Origin: Raillietiella orientalis
Taxonomy: Eukaryota
Direction of reading: 5' to 3'
DNA length: 64,000 nucleotides
NCBI GenBank assembly: GCA_036172245.1
Contig: JAYWIR010000016.1
Location: 2,976,001 to 3,040,000 of the forward strand
Positions 25,901 to 37,900 of the stretch are shown piece after piece (position 1 is the stretch's first letter; the number at the start of each line of letters is the position of its first letter). Under the pieces are notes generated by a model, which worked only from the letters and a program-made list of their open reading frames with translations, did no database searches and was not told where the DNA came from. The position numbers and the translations under genes were made by a program.

Positions 25901-28900
25901 CCGTCCGGAAAGAGCTTCGTCGACGCCGAGTCCCACAGGAGGTGAGGAATGAGCCTCGCGGTCGCCTCCGGGCAGGAACTGCAGGAGAGACGCCGGCAGC
26001 GAGGGATCGGCCGCCTGACGTCGCTGCCTTGCCGCGGGGAGTTCCCGATCCCCAACTCAGCCCGGGGTCGGAAGCGGGGCGATGAGAACCCGCTGTCTCC
26101 CGCTCCTCCTCCTCCTCCTCGTGTTCCCAAGATGACGGCACAAGGTCTGGTCCGCAGAGTCCCCGGATTCTGCGGTCTCTCCCACCCCCCTTTTCCGCAC
26201 AGATCCCCGTGACCATCCATCCTGATCCGTGGAGACGTGACCCCTTGTAGACAGGTCCCGGAGAGATCTCGTCTCTTGGCAACGAATTCTAGGCCGAGCA
26301 TCCTTCTCTAGGTCGCTCGGGTACTCCCTGATGCACGGAGCATCCTAGCTCACGTCGGCACTCCGCCACAGAGGGAGTTTCGGGAGCGGCGCGTTCGCGG
26401 CGGGCGGACGCGAGCACACCCGCTACCAGGCAACGGCTAGGAGAGGGTCAGTCCCTGCGTGGTCCCCCACGGGGACAATTTGCTTACCGGGAGGATTGTC
26501 CCGGAACTGCGCCTGGGAGCAGGGATGCGAGCCTCCGTTCGAGGGATTCCCGGAGTGTCCTCAGCCGCTGCAATTCGAGGGGGCTGCCGGCGCGCGGAGG
26601 AGCGCCGCCGGGCTGTCCGGTTCCTGCTGCGGGGGAAGAGATTGGAAGAGGGAGGGAGAAAGGGGATAGAAGGAAAGGGATGGGGAAGAACCCTTTTCAA
26701 CTATTTCCTGCCCGGCGTTAGGACTGTCTCTCCTCTTCGCGCCTGCTGCCCCTGCAGCGACGAGAATCCCCGAAGGTTCGCCCGCGGTCTTCGCGAGTTG
26801 CCTAGCGGGCAGGAAAAGGGGATGACCAAGCGGGGGGAAGTTGGAGGTGCAGGCTCTGGTGGATGCCCGTCTCACTGTCTCGCGACCCTTCTGGCGACGG
26901 GAAGAATGAATCAGCGACTCATTTTTTCAGCTGGACCAGAAAGCTGCGGAATCCACGATCTCCTGATCAGCGCTTAAGTCTGCTCGTGCCGCTCTGACGC
27001 GCCCGTCCTCGGCGTTTCTGTGGACTGCAGCGCGCGTCCGAGGGCGTGGACAATGCTTCTCGCCCTTGGTCAACAGCAGAGACGCTGTCCGTTCTCCATC
27101 TCCTCAGCTGTCACAGAAGTCATCCGGGTGATTCATCGCATGGCAGGAAGGGAAGGGGATCCACCACACCGCCCCCACCTCCGTAGTTCCGCCCTGAGGG
27201 GTCAAAACGGAACTCCGGTGTTAACAAGGGGAGGTCTGCCACTCTCCTCCGCGCTCCCCTTTCCATCTCTGTTTCTCCCCTCTTCGGACTCCCCCGCGCC
27301 CCACGACAAGCACTGCCGTGAAAGAGGGAGGAGACGAGCTCCTCCCCACTGCCTGCATCCCCCTCTCGCCTCAGTCTTGCATGCCCCAAGGCCACTTTTG
27401 TTTTTTGTTTTTTTTTTGTCCCGGAATACCGGAAGGATGCACCGTCCCATCCGTAGGGGTGGCCGCTCCTGAGGGACTGGAGGAGCAGGGCTTCTCTTTT
27501 TGCTACAGCACCCCCATGTGACTTCGCTTCCCTACCCTGGTTCCCGCAGGGCATCTAGTGCTGAGAGGGTGGACGGGGAGTGCAGCATGTGAGGACGGGA
27601 GGCAGTTTCTCCTGCCCCCGGGGGGCGCACGCGAGGGTCGGAGGACTCCCGGTGATCGCGGGCACTCGCCTGCTTCCAGTGCCCTCGTCAAAGAGCTCAT
27701 CGAAACCGAGGAAGAATTCTGCCATGACCTGAGGTACATCGTGGACCACCACTTGAGGCAGATCGAGAAGCCCACCACCCCGAAGCACGTGCAGGAAACC
27801 AAGGACATCTTGTTCGGTAACCTGAAGAAGATCTGCGACTTCCACAACAGGTGAGCCGCTCTCTCTCCCCTCCCCTTCCTTCCTACCCGCGCCCAACCGC
27901 GCGCCGAAGTCGACCCCGCGAGTGCAAGCACTCGGCATGGGGCAGCACGGTCTCCGAAGCAAGGAGGTATTCCAGAACGTCGTTGACCTCAGGTCGCACG
28001 GTTGCCCCATGCCCCAGTCCCGTTACTGCTGGGAGCTCTCGTCATCTCTCGAGGGCGGTCTCCCCGCTACAACGTCTCTTCGTGCTTGCACCGAGGCATC
28101 CTCCAGGATGCTCTCTCTCCGAGGAGGAGGTCCCTTCGGGAGGTCTTCCTCTCGTCACAGAGCGTCACGACTGCTGTTGCGGCGCCTCCTCGAGAGACGA
28201 GGACGTGACCTACTGATAAGACCCGTTGCCCCGAGTGTCCCAGAGGTCATGCTCCTGTCGATCGAGCCTTCCCGCTCAAACGCGCCTCTCCGTCCTACTG
28301 GCAGAAACGCTCACTGTGTCTTCCTGTTTCCCGCGATTCCTGTTTGGTCCCCGCGGACCTGAAGAGCGTCTCCCTTTCCAGTGTCCTGCTTCCCGGTCTG
28401 AAGTACTGCGAAAACAACGAGACCCAGATGATAGGCCGCACCTTCCTGAGGCTGGTGAGTTGGGCAGCGCTGATCTGCTGCTGCGGTCCGCAACGAGGTC
28501 TCTAAACTTCAGCAAAGAGACTTCGACATGCACGCAGAGTACTGCGCCACGGAGCCGGAGTCCCAGAAGTTGCTGCGAAGTAAAGGGGAGGTCTACAGCT
28601 TCTTCGAGGTAGGTGGGCGTGGTGACCCCCTCTCTCCTCTTCCCTCACCCCCTCCTCCTCCTACAACTCTTTGCGACTGCCCTGGTATAAGAGCAGGAGC
28701 GAGGTGGCTTCCCTGACACATGGAAACGAGAGTGTGTTGACCACAGGTCAGCGTTTCCAACTTCTCCGGAGAACTCTTGTCTCCCCTTTTTGCTCTGCTC
28801 TTCCCATTTCGTCTCCAAGCCCCGGAGTTCTATCTGCCCAGGGATTCCCTTCGGGAAGAGGCTGGTATTCCCCGGCATACGGATGCCCGGGAGGCGCTCG

Positions 28901-31900
28901 ACCGCTACTGCTGCGGAGACGGCGCGGTTCTCTCATTCCTCTGGCTGGCGATGAGGGCTCTTCCTGGTGGTCATAGAGGGGAGGAGATGTGTCACTCACT
29001 TTCCTACCCCTCATGGTCATGGTCGATGACGGAACGCGAGGATCGCAAGTGCTCCAGAGACTGTACCGAGGGCCTCCATCCTGCAGCGTGGGAGGGAACG
29101 AAGGACACTCCGCGCTTCCCTTGCTGCACTCTCAGCCTCCTCTCTTCCCTAGAACTACCGCGATTTCCTGGACGACGACAAGACGGTGTCCGAGCTCCTG
29201 CAGCTGCCCATCCAACGCTTGAACGACTACCAGTTCCTTCTAAAGGTGGGACCTCCCATTCGTTGGAGGGACTTGACGTTCGCCTCCGTCCCCCCCCCCC
29301 CCGCTCTCCTCCCAGGAGCTGATCCGCTGCAGCTACTTTACGAGTGAAGACTCAAGCGAGCTGGAGAACGCTCTGGAGTTCCTGAAGAACATTCCGGAGA
29401 AGGCCAGGGGCTCCAAGGAGCTGCAGAACGTGCAGGGGCTCAAGGGAAACGTGCAGGACCTCGGGAAGCTGTTGAGACAGGTGGGTGCTGGCGCCACAGG
29501 CGCGGGGTTTCTCCCTCGTCCCGTCTGCCATCTTGGAGACGGCGCTCGGTCGGCTAGCAGCGGGTTCGGCCAACTCTCGCGCCCCCCGCTCTTCTCCAAT
29601 CGCCTTCCCCACCGGTTGCCATGGGAGTGGAGAGGAGGAGCTCGCGAGACGGGAGAGGGCCGTTCCCGCGTGGCGACGGGACCGACGCGTTTTTTCCCTC
29701 CACCCTTCCCCCTCTTCCCATCCGCGGCCTTCTTTCCGAGAGCGCTCGTGAACAATGCCCTTCTTCCGGAAGACCTTGAGAAGACCCCCGCAGAGGCGGG
29801 AACTCCTGGGAAAATTCAAGGAGCTTTCCGGGATTTTCCGCCCCGACGTCGACTTTCGGGTTCCTGTCAGAAACGATCCGGAGCGGGCAAAGACGCGGTT
29901 GCCAACACGGAGGCGGCCTGCCTGAAGGATGGAAAAGGGGACACCCTCCTGCCCTCCTCTTGTCATCTCTTTCTCGGGCTCGCAGCCAGGAGTCTGTCGC
30001 GGGTCCTGATCCAGGGAATGTACTGCCCGTCTTCGTCCTCCCACCTGGACCCTTCCGCTCCTGATAAGCGCTTCCAGAGGCGGGAATATGGGGAGTATCA
30101 AAGTGATGAGGTATCCGGGAGCCGGGAGGGGAAAACTCGCGAGGGCAGTGGGGTCTTCCCAGAGGACAGGATGATGTCCACCCTTTTTTGTGATAAGGAA
30201 CGCTCGCGGATGGGGGAACACGTTGCAAAGAAGGCCCGATGGCTCTCGCGTCAGCCCCTTAGCGCTCCCTGTGTTCCCGCGTCCAGGCACCAGGAAAGAG
30301 TAAAGGAGAGGGTATGCCTACCCTGTGCTGTTCAAGGTGCTCTCCGTTGCTCTCGGGAGACGAACCGGAGGACGGCACGCCCAGCGCCTGCCAGATCTCT
30401 TCGGTTGATCCGCTTCCTGTTCTCCTCTCCAGGACACGTTCCTTTTCACCGACGAAGAGGGAAAGGAGGAGGAGGTGGAGGCGCTGCTGTTCCGCGGACG
30501 CATCCTCGTCTGCAAGAAGTCTGCCGAAGGCGGAGGGCATCTGATCGCACGCAGGATCATAGAGGTGAGGGTGCTCCCTTCTGAGCGGCACAGCGGTGTC
30601 GGGAGGGGAGAAGAGGAGCCAGCGAGGGAGGAATCCGGTCTTCTCTCTCTACAGCTTCATGATGTGGATTTGAACGAGCACGTCGGGGAGCGTAGGGGCT
30701 TCGAGCTGCGCCGCAAGTCGGAGCGGTCAACCACGCGCTTCCTGGCCTCGTCCGCGGAGGTGAAGAGGTCATGGGTGGACCAGATGCGCAGTCTGTCTTT
30801 CCGATATGGTGAGCCAAAAAACAGAAGGAGGGGAGAGAGGGGATGAGGGGGAGAATTCGCTCTGCGGCGCACTCATCGGAATGTCCCAGAAGTGGACGGC
30901 CTCACGGGCGGCGGTGGAGACGAAGTCAGCGTGGTCGCCGCCGAGGAGGAAGGAGCGCCACTTGAGCTCTCTGCAAAACCGAAGGAGGGCGCGAGAAGGG
31001 AGGAGCAGTCCGCGGCTCCACAGGAGGAAGAGGTCGGCGCTCGTGGGATCCCAGCGGAGGCCAAAGGTGCCCCCGTTGAAACAGGAGAGTCTGGGTATCC
31101 GGAGAGAGTTCCAGACCAATGTGGTGGTGAGTCATCGGGTTTTGAGGGTTCCGGAACGGGAGGAGGAGCGGAACTCCTTCAGGCGAGCGGGATTCTTGGG
31201 AAGCAAGGAAGACCCCAGCAGACCAGCGGGAGAACGAGGGCACCGAGCGACCGGTCCGAGCTGTGGAGGAAGGGGCAGAGCCCCTGTCCTCAGCACCCCA
31301 GGCGACATCTCCGCGGCTGCCAGTGCCGGTCATCCAGGAGCCGCCGGATGCAGAGGCGGAGGATGACATCTCCAAGCCGCGATTCATCAGGACGCTTCGG
31401 AGCCTCCACATGGAGCGTAAGTGATGACGCACCGCCTCCCTCGGTAACGGTTCCCTCATCCTCCAGCCGGCCAGTCCGTGACATTCGAGTGCGAAGTCCT
31501 CTCCAACCCTTACTCGACCGTCACGTGGCTCAAGAACAACAAGCCCCTCGACAAGCTGGCCGACAGGTTCGTCGTGACGTCATCGGGCAACATCTTCAAC
31601 TTGACCGTCGCCAATCTGACTACGGAAGATACCGGGTTGTTCACGGCCAGGGCCTTCAACAGGGCAGGCGCCACCACATGCTCTGCCCACCTCACCGTCA
31701 GCCGCGGTGAGCGCTTCCGTCCAGCTCCCGCCTCCTTTCCTTCTTCCCTCCCACTCAATGGAGGGAGGGGGGGGGGGTTACGGCCCTTCCTACTTCAAAC
31801 GGGTGCCTTGCAGATAGCGAAGAGCTCCTAGCGGAGGAAGACAAGCAGAAACCGAGGTTCCTGGTGATGCTCAAAGACACGGAGCTGCTGGAGCATACTA

Positions 31901-34900
31901 ATGCCACCTTCATACTGAAAGTTAGCGGCGAGCCAGTGCCCGAAGTCTTGTTGTGAGTGGTGCAATCCCGGCCGGAGAGGTCTTCTGGCAAGCGGGAAGG
32001 AGGGTAGGGAGGAAGCTGGAGGCAAGGGGGACGGGAAAGAGGGCAGGGAGCGTGGGCCTCAGACGTAGAGGGGTGCGACTCCCTCGCACCTCCTCGTTTC
32101 TCCTTTCGCCGCGTCGCTCGATGCAAGGACCCAGAATCGGGTCCGACGTTGCTCTCTCTTCCCTCTCCAGCTTCCTCCCCCTTCCCCCTCCATTTCCTGT
32201 CGACAACCAGAGATCCTTGTGGTCTCTTCATCACCAGCCGCCGCCATCGTTCCCCTCTCCTTCCACAGCTACAAGAATGGTGAGGTGCTGAGGACGGACG
32301 ACAGGATGTCCGTGGTCTACGAGGACGAAGAGAGGACGTCCATTGAGATCAACATGCGGGACGTGTCTAAGGAGGACGCCGGCACCTACCGATGCGTGGC
32401 GAGGAACTCCAAGGGGGAGTGCACCACTGAAGGGCGCATCACGGTGACAGGTGCGCAGCATGGGCAGCAACGGTCTTTCCTTTCTCTGGACTGTCGTTCC
32501 CGAGCGCTCTCTCCGTCCCTCTCTCCTTTCTTCCCTCCCCTCTCTGTAGCCGCCCTCCTTCTGTCCCATTTCTGCTGGGATCTGTAGAGGAAAGGGGAGG
32601 GAAGGGGGTGAGGGCGGTTGACTCACGCGCCAGCAATTGCTCCTCGCCTCTTCACCGTCTTCTTTCAGAAGCCTCCTGGCAACCGTGGGGCGGAGACTCC
32701 GCCTCTACGGGAACCCAGAGGTAAAGGAATTTTTCCGAGAAGGCCAGGAGGAGAACTTGGCCCCTTCCCTGGAGACCTTCCATTCCCTTTCCTCCCCTCT
32801 TTCCGCCTGGAGCGGAAGCGCAGGCAAGCGGGAGACGCGGAGCAACACCGCCGTCCGCCTTGGGGATGTTCCTCCCAGCTTACTTCCTGACTCATCTTCC
32901 CTTCTCCTCCGTTTGCAGACGTGCGACCCCGGCGCTTGTCGATGCTGTCGGAGGAGGTGATCAGCACAGAGCCTCTCTTCACGTGGTTCAAGGACGGGGA
33001 GTCCTTCGAGGCGACGGAGCGCTTCAAGGTCCTCTACGACGTAAGTCTCGGCCCCGCGCCCTTCCTCCGAGCCCCCCCGAAGCAGACACGAACTCTCAAA
33101 CCATACCCCAACCCCCTCCTAGCCGTTTGCTCTCCTCTCTCCTGTTCTGTGAAAGAGGGTGGAAGATTCTGCTTTTGGAGGCACCACCCGCGAGTCGGCG
33201 GTGGGCAACAGTTTCTTCCTCATCCAACAGCGCCCAAGACCGCGGTTCATCCATTTCCTCGATCCTCTTCCTCCGTCGAGAGCGTCTTCTCCGGAGGCGG
33301 TTGCGAGCTCTGGGATGCCATCGACAGACCGAGGAGGAGGAACGGAGGAGGAATACCGCGGATGGGGGGAGAAAGGGGAAAAATTGATTCCTCCGTCATC
33401 CGGTCAAGCCGTAGGCCCACGGAACAAACTCCACGCAAGGTGTCGGCGCCACGGGGCCCGCGCCCAAATGGACGGAGTCGTCATTTTCTCCTCAGGACGC
33501 TCGGCTTTCCGCGACCGAGTTGGCAGGCAGGCAGAGACCGCGCTAGTGGTCACCCGGCGCTCCATCCACCTATCAGAGCCGGTCGGGAACCCCTCCCTCC
33601 CTTCTCCACGAAACGACGTCGGTACCTCCGGAGAATCGATGCTGGTCCTTCGGTCTTGGTGGGAGCTCCCTTTCCTCCCTCGTTCCTAGCGGTGCAGGAA
33701 TCCCCCGAATGCATTCCCATAGCCCAAGGTGCACCCCAAGGTGATGGGGGGCATTGACCGTCTTTCTCCGGAATTGCAGCTGCTGGGAAAGATGAGCTGC
33801 CAAAGGAAAGAAATGCAAGGATAGCGGCAGAGTCTCCTGGAACCCCATGGGGACCTGGAAGCGGCGCTTTTCTAGAGGGATGAGAAACAGGCTTCTCTAG
33901 GAATACCTGGGGCGTATCCGTAGTCACCTTGTGGGAACAGATCTTTCCCGGAAGATTGGAACGACACCTTGCTCGGCGTCTACAGGGGAACACATTTGGG
34001 ATGCTTTTCTGGAAGTGCCTCGCACAGACCGAGGAGGACGAAAGGAGGTGGAGGAGGAGTACCGCAGATGGGGGAGGAAGAGGAAAAGGGATTCCTCCGT
34101 CATCCGGTCGAGCCGTGGACCCGCGGATCAAACTCCACTAGAGTTGGTCGGCTCATCCTGGGTGTCTTGCCAGGATGATCCGAAAAAGCGCTGCTGGGAA
34201 GTGTCCCCCCTCTTCTCAGCAACGCTTTTGCTGAAAGGAGCCTCCTTGGAGAATTCCGCGGGGAGCATCTTCCTAAAGACATCCCAGGGAACGAAATGTT
34301 TTCCGGAAACTTCTGAGAGGACTTATGGGAAGGCTCCCGAAGAACGAAACATCAAGAAACCAAATCCGGGAATATCCTTCCAGGATTTCCAACTCTAGAA
34401 GATCTCGCCCTCCCTGCACCGACCTCCGAAATTCGTGTTTCTGGGCTTGCTCGGTGCCCGTTACCTGGGTTCTTCTTGTGACTGCTGGTCAATAATGGGT
34501 GATCAGCATGGGAACCAGGAGCACCAAGGAGGCACTTGCCGGGCCGAGTCATCTCCCAGGAACGAGGGATAGGCAATGGTGCGGCTCTACCGGAAATGCT
34601 TACACGAAGCAAACAGGAAAGGCTGGCGATGAACTACGTCGGCGCCAGCGTGTCCATTCCTCCACGGTCCGTGGGACCTCCGGTGTCCTTGCCAGCGATC
34701 ATCGCGGTGGTCGGGAGGGAAGGATGGGGAAGAGAGGAGGGTCGTGAGGGGGAACTGGTCTACCAGAAGGGGGAAGGGACGAGTAGTTAGGAAGGAACCT
34801 CCTACTCGAGGATGGGGATGCTGTGTGGCTTCCGCCGCTCAATGCTAGGGTGGAGACGAGAGGCTTTCGTTCCTCCCCGCCACGCCCTGTTTCCTTCCTG

Positions 34901-37900
34901 CCCCACCCCTCCTTTCCCCTGCGGATGATCAGGGCATGCTTGTTCCAGGAGGAGGAAAATACTCTGGCCTTGATCTTCCAACATGTGACCACCGAGGACG
35001 CTGGCCTGTACACGTGCGTCGCCAACACCGAACACGGCAACATCTCCTGCAGCGCCGAGCTGAACGTGCAAGGTGAGCGAACCGTTGGGGATGGGCGTTC
35101 CCCCGGGAACGCTGGTGTCTCCTCCCTTTCCTCAGGGACGGTGCACCACTTCCTGAGGGCCCTTGAGCCTCCCGCCTTCTTACTGGACCTGGTCGACACC
35201 GAAGTCAGCATGGGCGGCTCGGCGATGCTGGAAGTGAAAGTTACGGGGTATCCCAAACCCAAGGTCAAATGGTAACGTACCGGTCACCCTCCCTCTCCCG
35301 TTTCACTTGTCCACGTGGCGAGCGAGTCCCCCTGCGTCTGTCCATCCACGCAGTTCTCTCTTTTTATCCCCTTCCTTCTATTCTTTGGGTGAAGAGGCCT
35401 TCCTTCCCGAACTGCCTCCGGGCTTCCTCCACCCGGTGCCGAAGGGCGATGCGAGAAACCGCACTCGCGCGCGCCTTCAAGGTCGTTTAAACACGGATCC
35501 CGTTCAGGTCCCGTCGTCGCTAGGGAAACGGGGAGGGGAACGCGCATGTGCGGAACCGATCGGTGGGAAGATGCGGAGCGCGCGCGACCACGCGGAACAG
35601 CTTGTCTTTCCCCCTTCCCTTTTCCTTTTCCCTTGAATCCCCCTTTCCCCGCTGCTCAGCACCGGGAGCGACGAAAGAATCTCACTCCCGTCGCCAGTTC
35701 GGGCCCCCGCTCGGATTTTCGTGCCAGGAATGCACCTCTAGATGCAGAATATCCTTGGAAAGTAGGCTGCGTTACACGGAACTCTCCTTCCTAGAGGACG
35801 TTGCCAAAGATCTTCGCGGGAGACGCTGCTGCTCCTTTTCCAGACGGTGTTTCTCCGGGCGTTCTCAACTCCCATCCCATCCCACCTGCAGGTAGTGGTG
35901 TTCCTGGTTCCAGACTGCAGGATATTCCCAAGGGATCATCCCCTTGACCACGAGGTCTTCCAGGGAGGTCGCCGTCCCCTCGGGCGCTTCATGGGGTTCC
36001 CACAAGAAGTCTTTTCTTCTTCGTATCGCTCCCGGAAACTGCTCCTGGTTCTGCGTTTTAGAGATTGATTTCCAGGAAGGAGGTTTCGCCTCCGGGGATT
36101 GCACCAGGAAGGAGGTGCCGCTTCCAGGGAGTGCACTAAGAAGGAGATCTCCCTGGATGCTCCCACCCACAGGGCATTCCGCGAGGAGCTGCTCTTCTCA
36201 GGGGCTCGTTGGGTCTTTTTCGGGATGCCACTCCCGTGAGTCGCTCACGGGGAAAGTCCTCAAGATCTTGCGCAAAGTAAAAAGGGGGAGGGGAAAAAAT
36301 CCCGGAGGAAGCCGCTTTCCCTGCCTCTCCCCCCTCATCCTTACCCCGACCCACGCGCGGTTTCGTGGGTGTCCAGGATCCAGGATTTGTCTCCTTCCCT
36401 CCTCCCCTTCCTTCTTCCCCTTTCTGTCCTCGAACCCACAGCGCCCCCTCCTCACCACGCGCATCCCTCTCGAAGGTACCGCGATGGGGAGGAGGTCACG
36501 GCTGGCGGGCGCTTCCGCTTCCTGCACGAGGACGAGCAGACCATCTCGCTGATCGTGAAGGGCGTCCGGCTGGAGGACGCCGGCGAGTACTCCGTCGTGG
36601 CCACCAACGAGCTGGGTGAGGTGTCTGTCCAGGGAAAGCTCTTCGTCAAAGGTGAGTTGCCTCCGGCGCCTCTCCCCTTGAGCGACTCCCTCCTTCGTTC
36701 CAGCTCCCCCACGCTTCAAGTCCAAGATGAAGGACATCGCCTGCATGACCGACCAGCCCCTGACCCTCGAGGTCGAGGTGGAGGGCTCTCCCCTGCCAGA
36801 GCTCAAATGGCAAGTGCAATCCATCTCCGCTCCCGCACAAAGCCGAAAGGCTTTGCTTCCGGGCAAGAAAAGGGCAGAGAAGAAGGGACGATAAGGAGAT
36901 ATCGGAGAAGCCCTCTCTTGCAGATTCCGACTCGCTGGGGAGGGGAGCGAAGGGTAGGAGCTGTGGAAATTGGCCTCCTCCCCGTCCCGAAGAGAAAACG
37001 ATGGTGTCGGCTCGGGAAGGAGGAAGGGAAGGGTCGGCGCCTCCCTTTGAGAGGCCGCTCCCTAGAGGGAGCAGAAGGAGGATGCAGGGACTAAGGAGAC
37101 GCGGCTCGCGCAGCAGCGGCAGGAGCTGCCTGCGGGCAAGTTTCGCAGAGATGAGAGGAAGGGACCGGGTGTTCGGGCTAAAGGAGAAGAGGGAGAAGGA
37201 GGGGGGAAGGGGGGAAGCATGTGGGAAAAAGACGCCACCTGTCCTACCCTCGGAGTGGTCCCCGTTCTTTCGAAGGTCTCAGAGAGACGAGGACCGCTCA
37301 GAAGGGGACAGCAGCGACCCCTGGGAGAGCTGCAGTGGTGTAGGCGGATGCTCCTCCTCTCCTCCCATCCGCACGAAGGGGAGCCAGCTCTTCCAGGAAT
37401 TCCGTAGGGCTGTCCTCCCATCGTCGGCAGAGTTCCTCGGAGACTCAGGGAAACAACCGGGAAGAGGGAGTGAGGAAAGCAAAATGAGCGAAAGGGAGGT
37501 TGAAGGGAAAGCAGGGGCAGAAAGTCAACGAGAGAAGTCTCCCGCGCGTTCGTCCGGACGCAGGCGAGGGCTCCGGCCAGTCCCGCTGCTGCTGCCGCTT
37601 CTGCTCCCGGCCGGAGTGACTTGTAAAGCGGATCCGTTCAACCCGAAAGCCCTAGTGACCAGAGACCAGTCAGGCTCGCCATCTCCGAGGACGCAAGGGA
37701 GGCAGAAGGACAGGAGAAAAAAACAGCCTTCGCGCCATGTTGGATCCCCCGAGGGAGCGGCGCTTTCCCCTCGCGGAAAGGCGTAAGCGAGGGTTGCGGG
37801 GGAGGGCACCATTCCGAACGCAGACTCTGGCAGGCAAACAGGGGAAGAAAGGGGCCTACTGCTCCTTCCCTCTCGTGCGCGGAGAGAAGGGAGGAGGAGG

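Noticed and set aside
32669..32720. Small AG...GT-bounded candidate obscurin exon
   Set aside because: Inclusion shifts the frame of the next Ig exon.
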